Below, one piece after another: positions 1 to 9,881 of a DNA stretch of 64,000 nucleotides. Within the stretch, counting starts at the first letter, position 1. Every line of letters starts with the position of its first letter. Source of the stretch: Chthonomonadales bacterium (GTDB lineage Bacteria > Armatimonadota > Chthonomonadetes > Chthonomonadales > CAJBBX01); assembly GCA_020849275.1 (NCBI GenBank), contig JADLGO010000021.1:72324-136323 (forward strand), given 5' to 3'. The notes below the pieces were generated by a model. It was not told where the DNA came from. It worked only from the letters and a program-made list of their open reading frames with translations, and made no database searches. Both the position numbers and the translations under genes were made by a program.

Positions 1-1
1 G

Positions 2-361
2 GCCAGCGGGGTCGAGATCTGGATGGAGGTGCACGGCGAGGGCACCATGTTGCCCACGAACGCGCGCGCCATCATGGACGCCTGCGGCCATCCGAACGTC
101 GGGGTCACCTGGAACTCGAACCGCGCCGACGTGGAGGGCGGCTCCCTTCGCCACGCGTTCGACCTCCTGCGGCCGTTCATTCGCTGCTGCCACATCACGG
201 AGCTCTGGAACGACTACCCGTGGCGCGAGCTGTTCGGCCTGCTGCGCCGGGCCCGCTATGAGCGGTTCACTCTGTGCGAGATCCCTGCCACCGTGCGCGC
301 CGAGGATGGAGCGACCTTCCTGCGGTGCTACGGGGCACTCTGGAAGGAGCTTCAGCGATGA
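2..361 (+). CDS. sugar phosphate isomerase/epimerase (xylose isomerase-like TIM barrel), C-terminal fragment entering from upstream of the window
   Basis: The frame is open from base 2 (..GVEIWMEVHGEG..). The EVHG and ITELWNDYPW segments look like this TIM-barrel family. The stop overlaps the next start (ATGA at 358-361). Confidence 0.6.
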   Translation, partial: ASGVEIWMEVHGEGTMLPTNARAIMDACGHPNVGVTWNSNRADVEGGSLRHAFDLLRPFIRCCHITELWNDYPWRELFGLLRRARYERFTLCEIPATVRAEDGATFLRCYGALWKELQR

Positions 362-1251
362 CCGCGCCAACGCGACGCGGCTTCCTGGCCGCGGCCGCCG
401 GCACCCTCGCCTCCGCCGGCTCGCCGGCGGAGGCCGCCGAGCCCATCCGGCGGGCAGGCAAGCCGCGCATGCGACTCAGCCTGGCGGCGTACTCCTACCG
501 CGACCACCTTACGGGCCGCGCCGAGCCGCGCATGACGCTGCTCGAGTTCGTCGATGCGGTGGCGGAGATGGACTGCGACGCGGTGGAGCTAACCGAGTAC
601 TACTTCCGCAAGCCGGTGACCACCACTGAGGTGACGGCGCTCAAGCGCCGCTGCTACCTCAACGGCCTCGACATCTCGGGCGCGCCGATGCGCAGCACGC
701 TGACGCATCCGGCCGGGCCCGAGCGCGATCGCGAGTTGGCGGCGGTGCGCGCCTGGGTGGACTGGTGCGCGCTACTCGGCGCGCCGACGATTCGCGTTTT
801 CGCCGGCGATGTCCGGCTTGGCCAGACGCCCGAGGACGCCGTGCGATGCTGCATTGAGGCGCTGGAGGAGGCGTGCGCCTACGCGGGCGACAAGGGCGTT
901 CTGCTCGCACTGGAGAACCACGGCGGCATCGTGGCCGAGCCATCGGGGCTCCTCGCGATCATCAGGGGCGTGCGCTCGGATTGGTGCGGCGTCAACCTGG
1001 ACTCGGGCAACTTCCACACGGCCGACCCCTACGCCGACGTGGCGCTGTGCGCCCCCTATGCGGTGACGGCGCAGGTGAAGACCGAGGTGCAGCGGCGCGG
1101 CGGCCCAAAGGAGCCGGCGGACCTCCCCCGGATCATCGGCATCCTGCGCGATACCGGGTACCGCGGCTACGTGACGCTGGAGTACGAGGCCGCCGAGCCG
1201 GCCCTGCAGGCGGTGCCGCGCACGCTGCGGGAGTTGCGCGCGTTGCTCTGA
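358..1251 (+). CDS. Tat-signal xylose isomerase-like TIM-barrel protein (sugar phosphate isomerase/epimerase family)
   Basis: ORF 274..1251 trimmed to ATG 358. The N-terminus MTAPTRRGFLAAAAGTLASAGSPAEA is a twin-arginine signal. Family-typical segments include VELTEYYF, IRVFAG, LALENHGG and YVTLEYE. Confidence 0.8.
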   Translation: MTAPTRRGFLAAAAGTLASAGSPAEAAEPIRRAGKPRMRLSLAAYSYRDHLTGRAEPRMTLLEFVDAVAEMDCDAVELTEYYFRKPVTTTEVTALKRRCYLNGLDISGAPMRSTLTHPAGPERDRELAAVRAWVDWCALLGAPTIRVFAGDVRLGQTPEDAVRCCIEALEEACAYAGDKGVLLALENHGGIVAEPSGLLAIIRGVRSDWCGVNLDSGNFHTADPYADVALCAPYAVTAQVKTEVQRRGGPKEPADLPRIIGILRDTGYRGYVTLEYEAAEPALQAVPRTLRELRALL

Positions 1252-1575
1252 AGCCGCGTACGCTCCGCGAGCGCGGGGCGTAGTGCTCTGGCGTGGCCGG
1301 GCTCGTTGGTACGGGTGCGGCGTGCCCTGCCGATAGGGGAGCGCCGCCAGCGACGGTCGCGCGCCAGCCTGTGTGGGCCGCCAGGCGCTTCCACGGCGTC
1401 CGCGCGCGCTAGTTGGCGGGAACGCTGGCGCCCCGGCCGATGCGGGTCCCCGAGGTCCTGGACGCGCCTCGCACGGCACTCGCTGGATCTTGCCGTTGGC
1501 GTCTCGGCTCCGGTGCGGAGCCTGACGCTCCCGGTCGCCCGGACTATAGGGGGCACATTGGCTGGCCCGTGACGC

Positions 1576-2343
1576 TCACGACACGCCGCGCGGCCCGGCG
1601 GCGGGGTCGATGCCGCGCAGCATCATGCCCTGGCCGCGCGACTCGTGCGTCTTGATCGTGGGCGGGTCGGTCGGGTCGCGCATCTGGATCAGCAGCGTCG
1701 TACGAGCCTCGCTGCTGACGTTGATGCCTGAGCCGTGGATGGTCAGATAGCTGAAGAAGAGCACGTCACCGGCGCGAGCCGGGCACGGCACGGCCGAGTC
1801 GATGGGGTAGCGGTCGAAGGGCAGATGCCAGCCTCCCTCGGAACTGTGCTCGAGCGGGCCGTTGCGATGACTTCCGGGCACTACGCGCACGCATCCCTTC
1901 TCGATCGGCGCGTCATCGAAGTGGCAGATCGCCGCGATCATGCTGTGGCGGTCGTGCGGGAAGTAGGGGTGGTCCTGGTGCATCGGGAAGGGCGAGCCCC
2001 GCTCGGGCGGCTTGATGAACATCTTGGTGTGGTGAAGCTGCACGTTCGGGCTGCCGATGGCCTGGGAGGCGATGCCCGTGAGGCGCTCATCCACGATGAG
2101 ACGGCTGAACGCGGCCGCGTAGAACTGGACGTTGTGACAGTGCAGGATCCGGGTGTCGCTCGCCTGGGCCACGGCCGCGCGGGCGCTCCCCCAGGTGGCG
2201 TCGATGCTGGTACTCGCGCCGAGGCGCTCGGCGAGCCCATGGCACTCGGCGCGCAACTCCGCGGCCTCGCCGCGCGTGAGCACGCCTGGGACGAGGATGT
2301 AGCCGTTCTCGTTGTAGAAGCCCAACTCATCGCTGGTGAGCAT
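1576..2343 (-). CDS. phytanoyl-CoA dioxygenase (PhyH) family Fe(II)/2-oxoglutarate oxygenase
   Basis: 255-aa ORF with an HQDHPYF (HxD) motif, a distal His in VVPGSHR, and a PhyH-like N-terminus (FYNENGYILVPGVL). Confidence 0.8.
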   Translation of the reverse strand: MLTSDELGFYNENGYILVPGVLTRGEAAELRAECHGLAERLGASTSIDATWGSARAAVAQASDTRILHCHNVQFYAAAFSRLIVDERLTGIASQAIGSPNVQLHHTKMFIKPPERGSPFPMHQDHPYFPHDRHSMIAAICHFDDAPIEKGCVRVVPGSHRNGPLEHSSEGGWHLPFDRYPIDSAVPCPARAGDVLFFSYLTIHGSGINVSSEARTTLLIQMRDPTDPPTIKTHESRGQGMMLRGIDPAAGPRGVS

Positions 2344-2475
2344 CGCTTGTCTCTCCCGTTGCAGCGTCGTCTTCGAGTAGGCGGCGCCCCGCTTGCACGA
2401 AACTCTCGCGCCGCCGGGGCGTAACTAAGACTGGATACGTGCGGGGCGCGCGAAATGCTGCACGCGCGCCCCGCG

Positions 2476-2504
2476 TTGACCCTACGCGGCGACCGCTGTA
2501 TAAT
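2476..2504 (+). promoter_or_regulatory. near-consensus sigma-70 promoter (TTGACC-17 nt-TATAAT) for the 63-aa ORF and probably the S8 protease
   Basis: TTGACC at 2476-2481 and TATAAT at 2499-2504, 17-nt spacer. AAGGAGG at 2526-2532 lies 7 nt before ATG 2540. Confidence 0.6.
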
Positions 2505-2539
2505 GCCCTTGAGGCGCTCGCGCCGCAAGGAGGCGACCG

Positions 2540-2731
2540 ATGGCCGTGGACGATACGACCCGCAAGCGCATCGACAAGTGGATCGCGGACAAGGGGCTCA
2601 ACCCCTATGGCGACGCGAAGAGCACCGTCTACGCCGGCGGAACGCCGCTGTTTGACGAGCGCACGGGCAAGCGCCGGGACCGTTACGAGTACATCCTGGA
2701 CAGGCATCCCGAGCTTCGCCGCTCCCGTTAG
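2540..2731 (+). CDS. small charged hypothetical protein (63 aa)
   Basis: ATG preceded by a consensus SD and a consensus promoter. Composition is non-random and K/R/D/E-rich, with no Arg/Ala/Pro GC-noise signature. No family recognised. Confidence 0.6.
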   Translation: MAVDDTTRKRIDKWIADKGLNPYGDAKSTVYAGGTPLFDERTGKRRDRYEYILDRHPELRRSR

Positions 2732-2809
2732 TCGCACCCGCCTGCCGAGGGCCGGCGGCTTGGGCGCGGCGCGTCCGGGGCGTGACCGCGCGACGGAAAG
2801 GGGCTCACC

Positions 2810-4549
2810 ATGCCGCGCAAGACAGGGCTGACGTTCTGGCGGCTCGCGGCGGCCGCCGCCCTGGCGCTCGCCGCCATCCCGTGGATTCGCGCGGCGTTGC
2901 CGGCGGCCGGCCCGCGCATGGCGGTCACCGCGGGCGAGGAGTGGACGGTGCCGGGCGAGGTCGTCGTCGATGCTCGCGACACCGCCGGTCTGGGCCAGCT
3001 CGCCTCGCTGGCGGCGCGGTACGGCGCGGCGCTGGAGCCGACCGATCTGGCCGCCAACGGCGGGCGCATCGTCGCGCTGAGGACGTCGCCGAGCCTCGTG
3101 CCTGCCTTGCTGGCGCGCCTGCGAAGCGACCCGCTCGTGGAAACCGCGGAGCCGCAGCGGCTCGTTCGCGCCTACCGGGCGCCCAACGACCCGCGCTACC
3201 GCGAGCAATGGAACTTCCAGCGCATCGACATGGAGAAGGCCTGGGAAGTGACGCGCGGCAACGGCGCAACGGTCGCCGTGATCGATACCGGCGTGGCCCT
3301 CGGTTATGGTGACGGCGGCCATCTCTGCCGCGACTTCGGCGGCGTGCGCTTCGCGCAGCCCTACGACTTCGTGAATCGCTCGCGCACGCCCTCGGACGAC
3401 CACGGCCACGGTACGCACGTCGCCGGGACCATCGCGGAAGCCACCGACAACAACGAGGGCGTCGCCGGCATCGCGTACGAAGCGACGCTGATGCCACTCA
3501 AGGTGCTCACGCGCGACGGATTCGGCCGAATGAGCGACGTGGCGGCCGCCATCCGCTACGCGGCCGACAACGGCGCCAACGTCATTAACATGAGCCTCGG
3601 AGGCCCCTTCCCGGATTCCGTGACGCGCAACGCCTGCAAGTATGCGCACGGCAAGGGTGTGACCATCGTCTGCGCGGCGGGCAACGGCGGCGGCGAAGGC
3701 GTTGGCTATCCGGCGGCCTACCCGGAATGCATCGCCGTCTCCGCGCTTGGCCCGACCGGCAAGCTGGCGCCCTATTCGTCGTGGGGGCCGCAGGTTGCGC
3801 TCAGCGCGCCGGGCGGCGACAAGACGCAGGGCGAGCAGGCCGGCATTCTGCAGAACACATTTCTGCGCATGCCCGGCGGCGCGGACGAGCCCGGCTCGGC
3901 ATCCGCGGCGGGTGCCCAGGTGGACGACTACTACTGGTTCCAGGGAACGTCGATGGCCACGCCGCACGTCGCCGGTGTGGCGGCGCTCGTCTCCTCGTTG
4001 GGTATCCGCGACCCGGAGGAGGTGCGGGCGGTTCTGTTGAAGTCGGCGCGGCCGCGCGGCCCGAGCGAGAAGTACGGCGCCGGCGAGTTGAACGCGGCCT
4101 CCGCCGTGCGTGTGGGCTCCGCCGAGAGCGCCGGGCACACCAGCCGCCTCTGGGCGGTGGGATTCATGGCGGTGCTGGGCGCCGCTCTCTCGCGCTCTGT
4201 TCGCCGGCGCGGACGGCGCGCGATCTGGGCGGCGGCGCTTGCGATGTCGGTCGGGCTGCTCTTCCCGGACGTCGTGTCGGCCTTCGTCGGCTTCAGTTCC
4301 GTCTGGAACCTGCTGGGGCACAGCATTCTGCTTCCGGGTTACCTTCTGGTGGCGGAGGCCGAGAGCGGCGCCGAGCGGCGCTTCTATGGCCTGTTCGCCG
4401 GCGGGCTCGCCTTGCACCTGGCGTGGGACCTGGTGATGGGCACCGCGCCAATCGCCGGGAACCTGGTGTGGGCGGCGCTTCCCTGGCTGGGAGCGAACGC
4501 GGCGGTGGGCTTCGGCGCGGCGGTCGCGAGCCTTCGCGGCAGGCGATAG
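2810..4549 (+). CDS. S8 (subtilisin-like) serine peptidase with N-terminal signal/anchor and a C-terminal multi-pass membrane domain
   Basis: Catalytic triad contexts: AVIDTGV (Asp), HGHGTHVAGTIAE (His), GTSMATPHVAG (Ser). The last ~150 aa contain four to five hydrophobic helices. Confidence 0.9.
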   Translation: MPRKTGLTFWRLAAAAALALAAIPWIRAALPAAGPRMAVTAGEEWTVPGEVVVDARDTAGLGQLASLAARYGAALEPTDLAANGGRIVALRTSPSLVPALLARLRSDPLVETAEPQRLVRAYRAPNDPRYREQWNFQRIDMEKAWEVTRGNGATVAVIDTGVALGYGDGGHLCRDFGGVRFAQPYDFVNRSRTPSDDHGHGTHVAGTIAEATDNNEGVAGIAYEATLMPLKVLTRDGFGRMSDVAAAIRYAADNGANVINMSLGGPFPDSVTRNACKYAHGKGVTIVCAAGNGGGEGVGYPAAYPECIAVSALGPTGKLAPYSSWGPQVALSAPGGDKTQGEQAGILQNTFLRMPGGADEPGSASAAGAQVDDYYWFQGTSMATPHVAGVAALVSSLGIRDPEEVRAVLLKSARPRGPSEKYGAGELNAASAVRVGSAESAGHTSRLWAVGFMAVLGAALSRSVRRRGRRAIWAAALAMSVGLLFPDVVSAFVGFSSVWNLLGHSILLPGYLLVAEAESGAERRFYGLFAGGLALHLAWDLVMGTAPIAGNLVWAALPWLGANAAVGFGAAVASLRGRR

Positions 4550-4564
4550 CGGCGACGCGACGCG

Positions 4565-5152
4565 CTACTCCTCGGGGGGCGTCACGAGGGGAACGGTGCG
4601 GCGCTCGACGGCGGGAGGCTCCTGCGCCCCGCGCTGCTCGGGTGCGGCCGTGGAGGCGGTGGCCCGCGCCGCGTAGATGAGCGCCGCCAGTTGTCCGGCG
4701 CCTCGCACGCGCCGCACGGTCTCCTCCGTGATCTGTGTGCCGACCGGGACAAGGATGGTGCCCGCGTTGTCCGTTACGTCGACGCCGGCCGTTTGGCCGA
4801 CAACTCGGCGCGCCCGCGCGTAGGCCTCGACGCTCCCCAGGTTGTGCTCCTCGCGGCGCTCGCCCTCGCGGTCGAGTGCCGCGTCGGTCGCCCGGCGCAG
4901 ACTCCCCAGGTGGCGGGCGGCGACAGCCGCCCGGAGTGCCTGCAGCTTCCCCGCGGCCTCGGCGCGCTCCATGGTCGCGTCGGTGATTCGGTCTCCGGCG
5001 CTGACGATCAGGCCGCCCTCGCCGTCCAGCACGGAGCTCCCGGCGACCTGGCCGCGCCACAGTGCCCTCTCCTCACGCTTCAGCGTTCGCGCGGCCCCCG
5101 CGGCGAGCTTCTCAAGCGCCTCGCCGATGCTATCAAGCCATCCCTTGGTCAT
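4565..5152 (-). CDS. hypothetical protein with an internally duplicated module
   Basis: ORF 4565..5197 trimmed to ATG 5152, which has a GAGAGGGG SD-like run upstream. The two repeats are G-LIVSAGDRITDATMERAEAAGKLQAL and GTILVPVGTQITEETVRRVRGAGQLAAL. Confidence 0.5.
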   Translation of the reverse strand: MTKGWLDSIGEALEKLAAGAARTLKREERALWRGQVAGSSVLDGEGGLIVSAGDRITDATMERAEAAGKLQALRAAVAARHLGSLRRATDAALDREGERREEHNLGSVEAYARARRVVGQTAGVDVTDNAGTILVPVGTQITEETVRRVRGAGQLAALIYAARATASTAAPEQRGAQEPPAVERRTVPLVTPPEE

Positions 5153-5241
5153 TCGGTTTCCCCTCTCGCGTCGGGCGGCCTCGCGCGCGCCCGCCACATG
5201 ACGACGGTGGGCGCGCCGGGTCGGTTCCCGCAGCGCCCACT

Positions 5242-5799
5242 TTACGGCGACCAGGGAAGGTCGGGGACGCCGGCGCGAAGGTTGGCGGCGCGGGCGGCGA
5301 CGAAGAGCAGGTCGGAGAGCCGATTGAGGTAGCGAAGGACCTCCGGGTTCGCGCTATCGGAGGCCATGAGCGCCACGACCGCGCGCTCGGCGCGGCGGCA
5401 GACGGCCCGCGCCACGTGAAGCTGCGCGGCCAGCGGGCAGCCGCCCGGCAAGATGAAGGAGGAGAGCGGAGCAAGCGTGGCTTCGAGCGCGTCTATGTCG
5501 GCCTCGAGGGCGGCGACGAGGCTGGCCGGCAGGCGCGCCACGACCGTCCCGCCGGCCACCACGCTGTCCTCGTCCGGCGTCGCCAGGTCGGCGCCAAGCG
5601 CGAACAGCTCGGACTGCAGCCGGGCGACGAGGACGGCCAGGTCGCCGGGAGCGAGGGTGCGAACGACCCCCAGCGCGCAGTTCAGTTCGTCGACAGCGCC
5701 GAAGGCGGCCACGCGGTCGTGGTCCTTGGGCACGCGCCGCCCTCCGAACAGCCCGGTCTCGCCGCGATCCCCGCTGCGTGTGTAGATCCGCTGGGCCAT
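5242..5799 (-). CDS. ATP:cob(I)alamin adenosyltransferase, PduO type
   Basis: ORF trimmed to ATG 5799. The N-terminus MAQRIYTRSGDRGETGLFGG is the hallmark PduO-type motif. Confidence 0.85.
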   Translation of the reverse strand: MAQRIYTRSGDRGETGLFGGRRVPKDHDRVAAFGAVDELNCALGVVRTLAPGDLAVLVARLQSELFALGADLATPDEDSVVAGGTVVARLPASLVAALEADIDALEATLAPLSSFILPGGCPLAAQLHVARAVCRRAERAVVALMASDSANPEVLRYLNRLSDLLFVAARAANLRAGVPDLPWSP

Positions 5800-5918
5800 G
5801 CCATTGCGCCTCCCGGCGCCCGCGCGGATCTGGCGACATCGCGCGGGGCGCAACCGCCGCCCCGCCTTCGGGCGGGCCGGGGACGGAGAGTGGCGGTCCT
5901 ACCAGAGCGAAGGAGCGG

Positions 5919-6185
5919 CTACCTGCTCCGGAAAAAGTCCGCGTTGATCTCTGTGTACGGTTCCCACTGCTTGGGCACGTCGCTGTCGGCGAAGATGGCG
6001 GTCACCGGGCACTCGGGCTCGCACAGGCCGCAGTCGATGCACTCATCCGGGTGGATGAAGAGCATGTCATACGTTTTGCCCTCGGCGTCGGTGAAGACGC
6101 CCTCGTGTATACAGTCCACCGGGCAGACGGTCACGCATGCCTTGTCCTTCACACCGATGCATGGCTCGCATATCACGTACGCCAT
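5919..6185 (-). CDS. ferredoxin (two Fe-S cluster motifs, 7Fe/8Fe type)
   Basis: Starts MAYVICEPCIGVKDKACVTVCPVDCI, with a second motif CIDCGLCEPECPV. AAGGAG lies 9 nt upstream of ATG 6185, and the earlier ATG 6194 abuts that SD. Confidence 0.85.
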   Translation of the reverse strand: MAYVICEPCIGVKDKACVTVCPVDCIHEGVFTDAEGKTYDMLFIHPDECIDCGLCEPECPVTAIFADSDVPKQWEPYTEINADFFRSR

Positions 6186-6228
6186 CGCGCTCATCTCCTT
6201 CAGGTATAGGGGTCACTCCCTCCCACTA

Positions 6229-6933
6229 CTATACCCGTGGACATGCGCCTTCGCGATGCGGCGGAGGCGGGCCCGGCCGCGCGTCGGCAGGGCCGCCTGA
6301 CCGGTAACGCGGGTCGAGCAAACCCTCGATCGCGGCCTGCAGGACGCCGGTGCCGTGCCGGACGGCTTCGCGCCCGCGAAGCCCGCCGGCGAGCTCGGTT
6401 GCGGCGATCGGCTTGCCGAAGTGCACGGTGACCGGGCGGCCGATCCGCCGCAGCCGGAACGTGCGCGGCGGCATGAGGGTTTCCGTGTGCTCGATGGCGA
6501 CGGGCACCACCGGCGTGCCCGTGCGGATCGCGAGCAGCACCAGGCCGCCCTGCACGGACTGCATGCGCCCGGTGACGCTCTCGTGGCCCTCGGGGAACAC
6601 CACGACCGCCTCGCCGCCGCGCAGCAGCGCCTCGGTTCGGCGGAGCGCGGCGCGGTCCGGCTCGTCCTGCCGAACGGGGAAGGCGCGGAGCAGGCGCGCC
6701 AGCCAGGCCAGGCCACGCACCTCGAACAGCTCGGATGTCGCCATGAACCAGGCGCGACGCGGCAGCGCAAGGCCGATGACACCCGGGTCCGCGTGGCTCA
6801 GGTGGTTCGGGGCCACGATCACTCCCCCGCGCGCCGGCACACGCTCCACCCCGGTAACCCGCAGGCCGCCCGACCATGCTAGAACGGCCCGGATCGCCAG
6901 CAGGGCGACACTCCGAACCACGGCGTAGAGCAT
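6229..6933 (-). CDS. plsC: 1-acyl-sn-glycerol-3-phosphate acyltransferase
   Basis: ORF 6229..7284 trimmed to ATG 6933 (MLYAVV). It has the HX4D motif NHLSHAD and the VVFPEGH acyltransferase block. A GGGAGGGG SD and a TATAAT -10 (6974-6979, minus) lie upstream. Confidence 0.8.
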   Translation of the reverse strand: MLYAVVRSVALLAIRAVLAWSGGLRVTGVERVPARGGVIVAPNHLSHADPGVIGLALPRRAWFMATSELFEVRGLAWLARLLRAFPVRQDEPDRAALRRTEALLRGGEAVVVFPEGHESVTGRMQSVQGGLVLLAIRTGTPVVPVAIEHTETLMPPRTFRLRRIGRPVTVHFGKPIAATELAGGLRGREAVRHGTGVLQAAIEGLLDPRYRSGGPADARPGPPPPHREGACPRV

Positions 6934-7177
6934 GGCGCACCCCTCCCTCTCTCTGGCCGTCTTACCTACTACCATTATACGGACGCGCGGCCCCGGCTCC
7001 CATGAGCCGATCGGCCCATTCGCCGGCGTGCCGGCCCTGCTTTGCGGCGCTAAGCGGCAGGTGGGGCGCACGCGTGGGGCGAAAACTGCGTCGGCCGGGC
7101 GGAAATCTGGATCCGCCCGAGCCATCGGTGGCAGCCGCGGCTCAGGCGACGGCGGCCGCGGCCCATGGAGCCTGCTC

Positions 7178-9286
7178 ATGTCCCTCGACCAACTCTGCGT
7201 GAACACGATACGCACCCTCGCGATCGATGCCGTACAGAAGGCCAACTCCGGCCATCCGGGTCTGCCGATGGGCGCCGCTCCCATGGCCTACGTTCTGTGG
7301 ACCCGGCACCTCAAGCACAACCCCCGCGACCCGAAGTGGCCCGACCGCGATCGCTTCGTCCTATCGGGCGGGCACGGATCGATGCTCCTCTACGCGCTTC
7401 TGCACCTGACGGGCTATGAGGTCTCGCTGGACGACCTCAAGAGCTTTCGACAGTGGGGGAGCATCACGCCAGGCCACCCCGAGTATGGCCTCGCGCCAGG
7501 CGTCGAGACGACGACAGGGCCGCTCGGCCAGGGCTTCGCGACAGCGGTCGGCATGGCGATCGCCGAGGCCCACGTGAGCGCGCGCTACAACGGCGACGCA
7601 GGGAACATCGTGGATCATTGCACCTACGTGCTGGCCAGCGACGGCGACATGATGGAGGGCGTGGCCTCCGAGGCCGCCTCGCTGGCGGGTCACCTTCGCC
7701 TTGGCCGCCTGATCGTGCTCTACGACAGCAACGACGTCTCGCTGGCCGGAGCGGCCGACCTCTGCTTCAGCGAGGACGTGTGTAAGCGGTTCGAGGCGTA
7801 TGGATGGCACGTCCAGACCGTCGAGGACGGCAACGACCTCGAGGCGATCGACGCCGCCCTACGGTTCGCCCGGGCAGAGGACGACAGACCTTCGCTCATC
7901 GCCGTCAAGACCGTGATCGGCTACGGTTCGCCGCACAAGGCCGGCTCGTCGGAGGCCCACGGCAGCCCGCTCGGCAAGGAGGAGGTGGCGGCCACCAAGC
8001 GCAACCTGGGCTGGCCCGAGGACCGCGCGTTCTACGTGCCAGACGAGGCGCTCGCGCGGTTCCGCCAGGCGGTGGACGTCGGGGCGGCGGCTCAGCGCGC
8101 GTGGAAGGAGCGCTTCGACGCGTGGGCCATGGCGAGCCCGACGCTCGCCCGCGAGTGGGCGGACGCCCTCACGGGCACGCTCCCCGCCGGCTGGGATCGC
8201 GACGTGCCGACCTTCGGACCGGACGATGCCGCGGCGACGCGCGCCTCGGCGGGCAAGGCACTGAGCGCCATCGCCGCCAACTACCCCGCGCTGATGGGCG
8301 GCTCGGCCGATCTCAACCCGAGCACGAACACGGCGCTGAAGGGCGCCGGCGACTTTCAGGCCGTGGGCGCGGGCACCGAGCGCCTGGAGGGCGCCGTTGG
8401 GGGCGGCTGGTCGTACGCCGGGCGCAACGTGCACTTCGGTGTTCGCGAGCATGCGATGGCCGCGGCGGCCAACGGCATGGCGCTGCATGGCGGCGTGCGC
8501 CCCTACGTGGCCACCTTCTTCAACTTCCTGGACTACCTGAAGCCGGCGCTGCGGCTCTCCGCGCTCATGGAGCAGCCTGTCATCTACATCTTCACGCACG
8601 ACAGCGTCGCGCTCGGCGAGGACGGGCCCACCCATCAGCCGGTCGAGCAGCTCGCCATGCTGCGCGCGATCCCGCACGTGGTCGCCATTCGGCCCGCCGA
8701 TGCCAACGAGGCGGCCGAGGCCTGGAAGGTGGCCGCGGAACACCTGGCGGGTCCTGTCGCCCTGGTCCTGACGCGCCAGAAGGTGCCGAACGTCGACCGC
8801 GCGGTCTACGCCGGCGCCGAGGGGCTGCGCCGGGGCGCCTACGTGCTGCGCGAAGCGGAGGGCGGCCCGGCCGAGATCGTGCTCATCGGGACCGGTTCCG
8901 AGGTGGCGCTCGTCGTGGCGGCTCAGAAGCACCTCGCCGACCGCGGCGTGAGGGCCCGCGTGGTGAGCATGCCTTCCTGGGAGCTGTTCGACGCCCAGCC
9001 TCCCGACTACCGCGCCTCGGTGCTCCCGCGGTCCACGCCGAAGCTCGCCGTGGAGGCGGGCGCGTCGATCGGCTGGCACAAGTACGTTGGCGTCGACGGC
9101 GACGTGATCTCCATCGACCACTTCGGCGCCTCGGCTCCCTACGAGAGGTTGTTCAAGGAGTTCGGCCTCACCGCCGAGAACGTGGTGAACCGGGCGCTTG
9201 CGCTGATCGGCAAGGCCGCTGCGCCGGCGAGAGGCGAGACGGTGCCTGCCGAGGGCGAGACCGCGCCGTCCGAACGGCATTCGTAG
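7178..9286 (+). CDS. tkt: transketolase
   Basis: ORF 6932..9286 trimmed to ATG 7178. [28 protein letters not shown] is the canonical Tkt N-terminus, and SDGDMMEGV is the TPP motif. The similarity runs the full length. Confidence 0.95.
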   Translation: MSLDQLCVNTIRTLAIDAVQKANSGHPGLPMGAAPMAYVLWTRHLKHNPRDPKWPDRDRFVLSGGHGSMLLYALLHLTGYEVSLDDLKSFRQWGSITPGHPEYGLAPGVETTTGPLGQGFATAVGMAIAEAHVSARYNGDAGNIVDHCTYVLASDGDMMEGVASEAASLAGHLRLGRLIVLYDSNDVSLAGAADLCFSEDVCKRFEAYGWHVQTVEDGNDLEAIDAALRFARAEDDRPSLIAVKTVIGYGSPHKAGSSEAHGSPLGKEEVAATKRNLGWPEDRAFYVPDEALARFRQAVDVGAAAQRAWKERFDAWAMASPTLAREWADALTGTLPAGWDRDVPTFGPDDAAATRASAGKALSAIAANYPALMGGSADLNPSTNTALKGAGDFQAVGAGTERLEGAVGGGWSYAGRNVHFGVREHAMAAAANGMALHGGVRPYVATFFNFLDYLKPALRLSALMEQPVIYIFTHDSVALGEDGPTHQPVEQLAMLRAIPHVVAIRPADANEAAEAWKVAAEHLAGPVALVLTRQKVPNVDRAVYAGAEGLRRGAYVLREAEGGPAEIVLIGTGSEVALVVAAQKHLADRGVRARVVSMPSWELFDAQPPDYRASVLPRSTPKLAVEAGASIGWHKYVGVDGDVISIDHFGASAPYERLFKEFGLTAENVVNRALALIGKAAAPARGETVPAEGETAPSERHS

Positions 9287-9299
9287 GGGCCGACAACCG

Positions 9300-9821
9300 G
9301 TGGGCTACGTCGTGCGTGCCGAGCGCAGCGGCGACCGGACCGCTGTTCGGGCGGTCCACGTCGCCGCGTTCGGCGGCCGGTCGGCGGAGGCCGACCTGGT
9401 CGACGCCCTGCGCGACTCGCCCGGGTACGTGGCCGCGCTGTCTCTGGCCGCGGAGATCGATGGCGCCGTCGTCGGGCACGTCCTGCTGTCGGAGCTAACG
9501 GTGGAGCGCGAGGCGGGACCACTCACTCTGCTCGTGCTCGCGCCGCTCGGTGTGCGGCCGGAGCGGCAGCGGGAGGGCGTCGGTTCGGCCCTGGTGCGCG
9601 CGGCGATTCGGGAGGCCGGCCGGCTAGGCTACCCGGGCATCGTGCTGGTCGGTCACCCGGCCTACTACCGGCGCTTCGGCTTCATCTCCGCGCGCCGCAT
9701 CGCTCTGCGCATCGCGCTCGATGTGCCGGAGGATGCCTTCATGGTGCTTCCGCTCTCGATCGAGGCGCTCCTCGACGGCGGTGGGGAGGTGCGGCTGCCG
9801 CCCGCGTTCGCGGGCGTCTGA
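9300..9821 (+). CDS. GNAT family N-acetyltransferase
   Basis: GTG start. It has a GNAT acetyl-CoA-binding block (RQREGVGSALVRAAIREAGRLGY) and a YYRRFGF tail. Confidence 0.8.
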   Translation: MGYVVRAERSGDRTAVRAVHVAAFGGRSAEADLVDALRDSPGYVAALSLAAEIDGAVVGHVLLSELTVEREAGPLTLLVLAPLGVRPERQREGVGSALVRAAIREAGRLGYPGIVLVGHPAYYRRFGFISARRIALRIALDVPEDAFMVLPLSIEALLDGGGEVRLPPAFAGV

Positions 9822-9881
9822 CGCGGCGGGCGGTCGGCTGGGGCTCCGTTCCGGCCGGACCGCCGCGGGGGGTGTGCCGCG

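Noticed and set aside
1252-1575. 324-bp gap between the convergent TIM-barrel and PhyH genes, considered as a possible ncRNA or small gene.
   Set aside because: No promoter-like AT-rich element, no strong hairpin, and only Arg-rich noise ORFs. It cannot be supported from sequence alone.
6932-7177. 82-codon N-terminal extension of transketolase (ORF track start 6932). Similar upstream extensions affect ORFs starting at 274, 5853, 7284, 13480, 22889, 27411, 27746, 28416, 33626, 39344, 47153, 57436, 60269 and 60967.
   Set aside because: The extensions are Arg/Pro/Gly-rich and overlap neighbouring genes or promoters. They precede internal starts that have SD sequences and canonical family N-termini.
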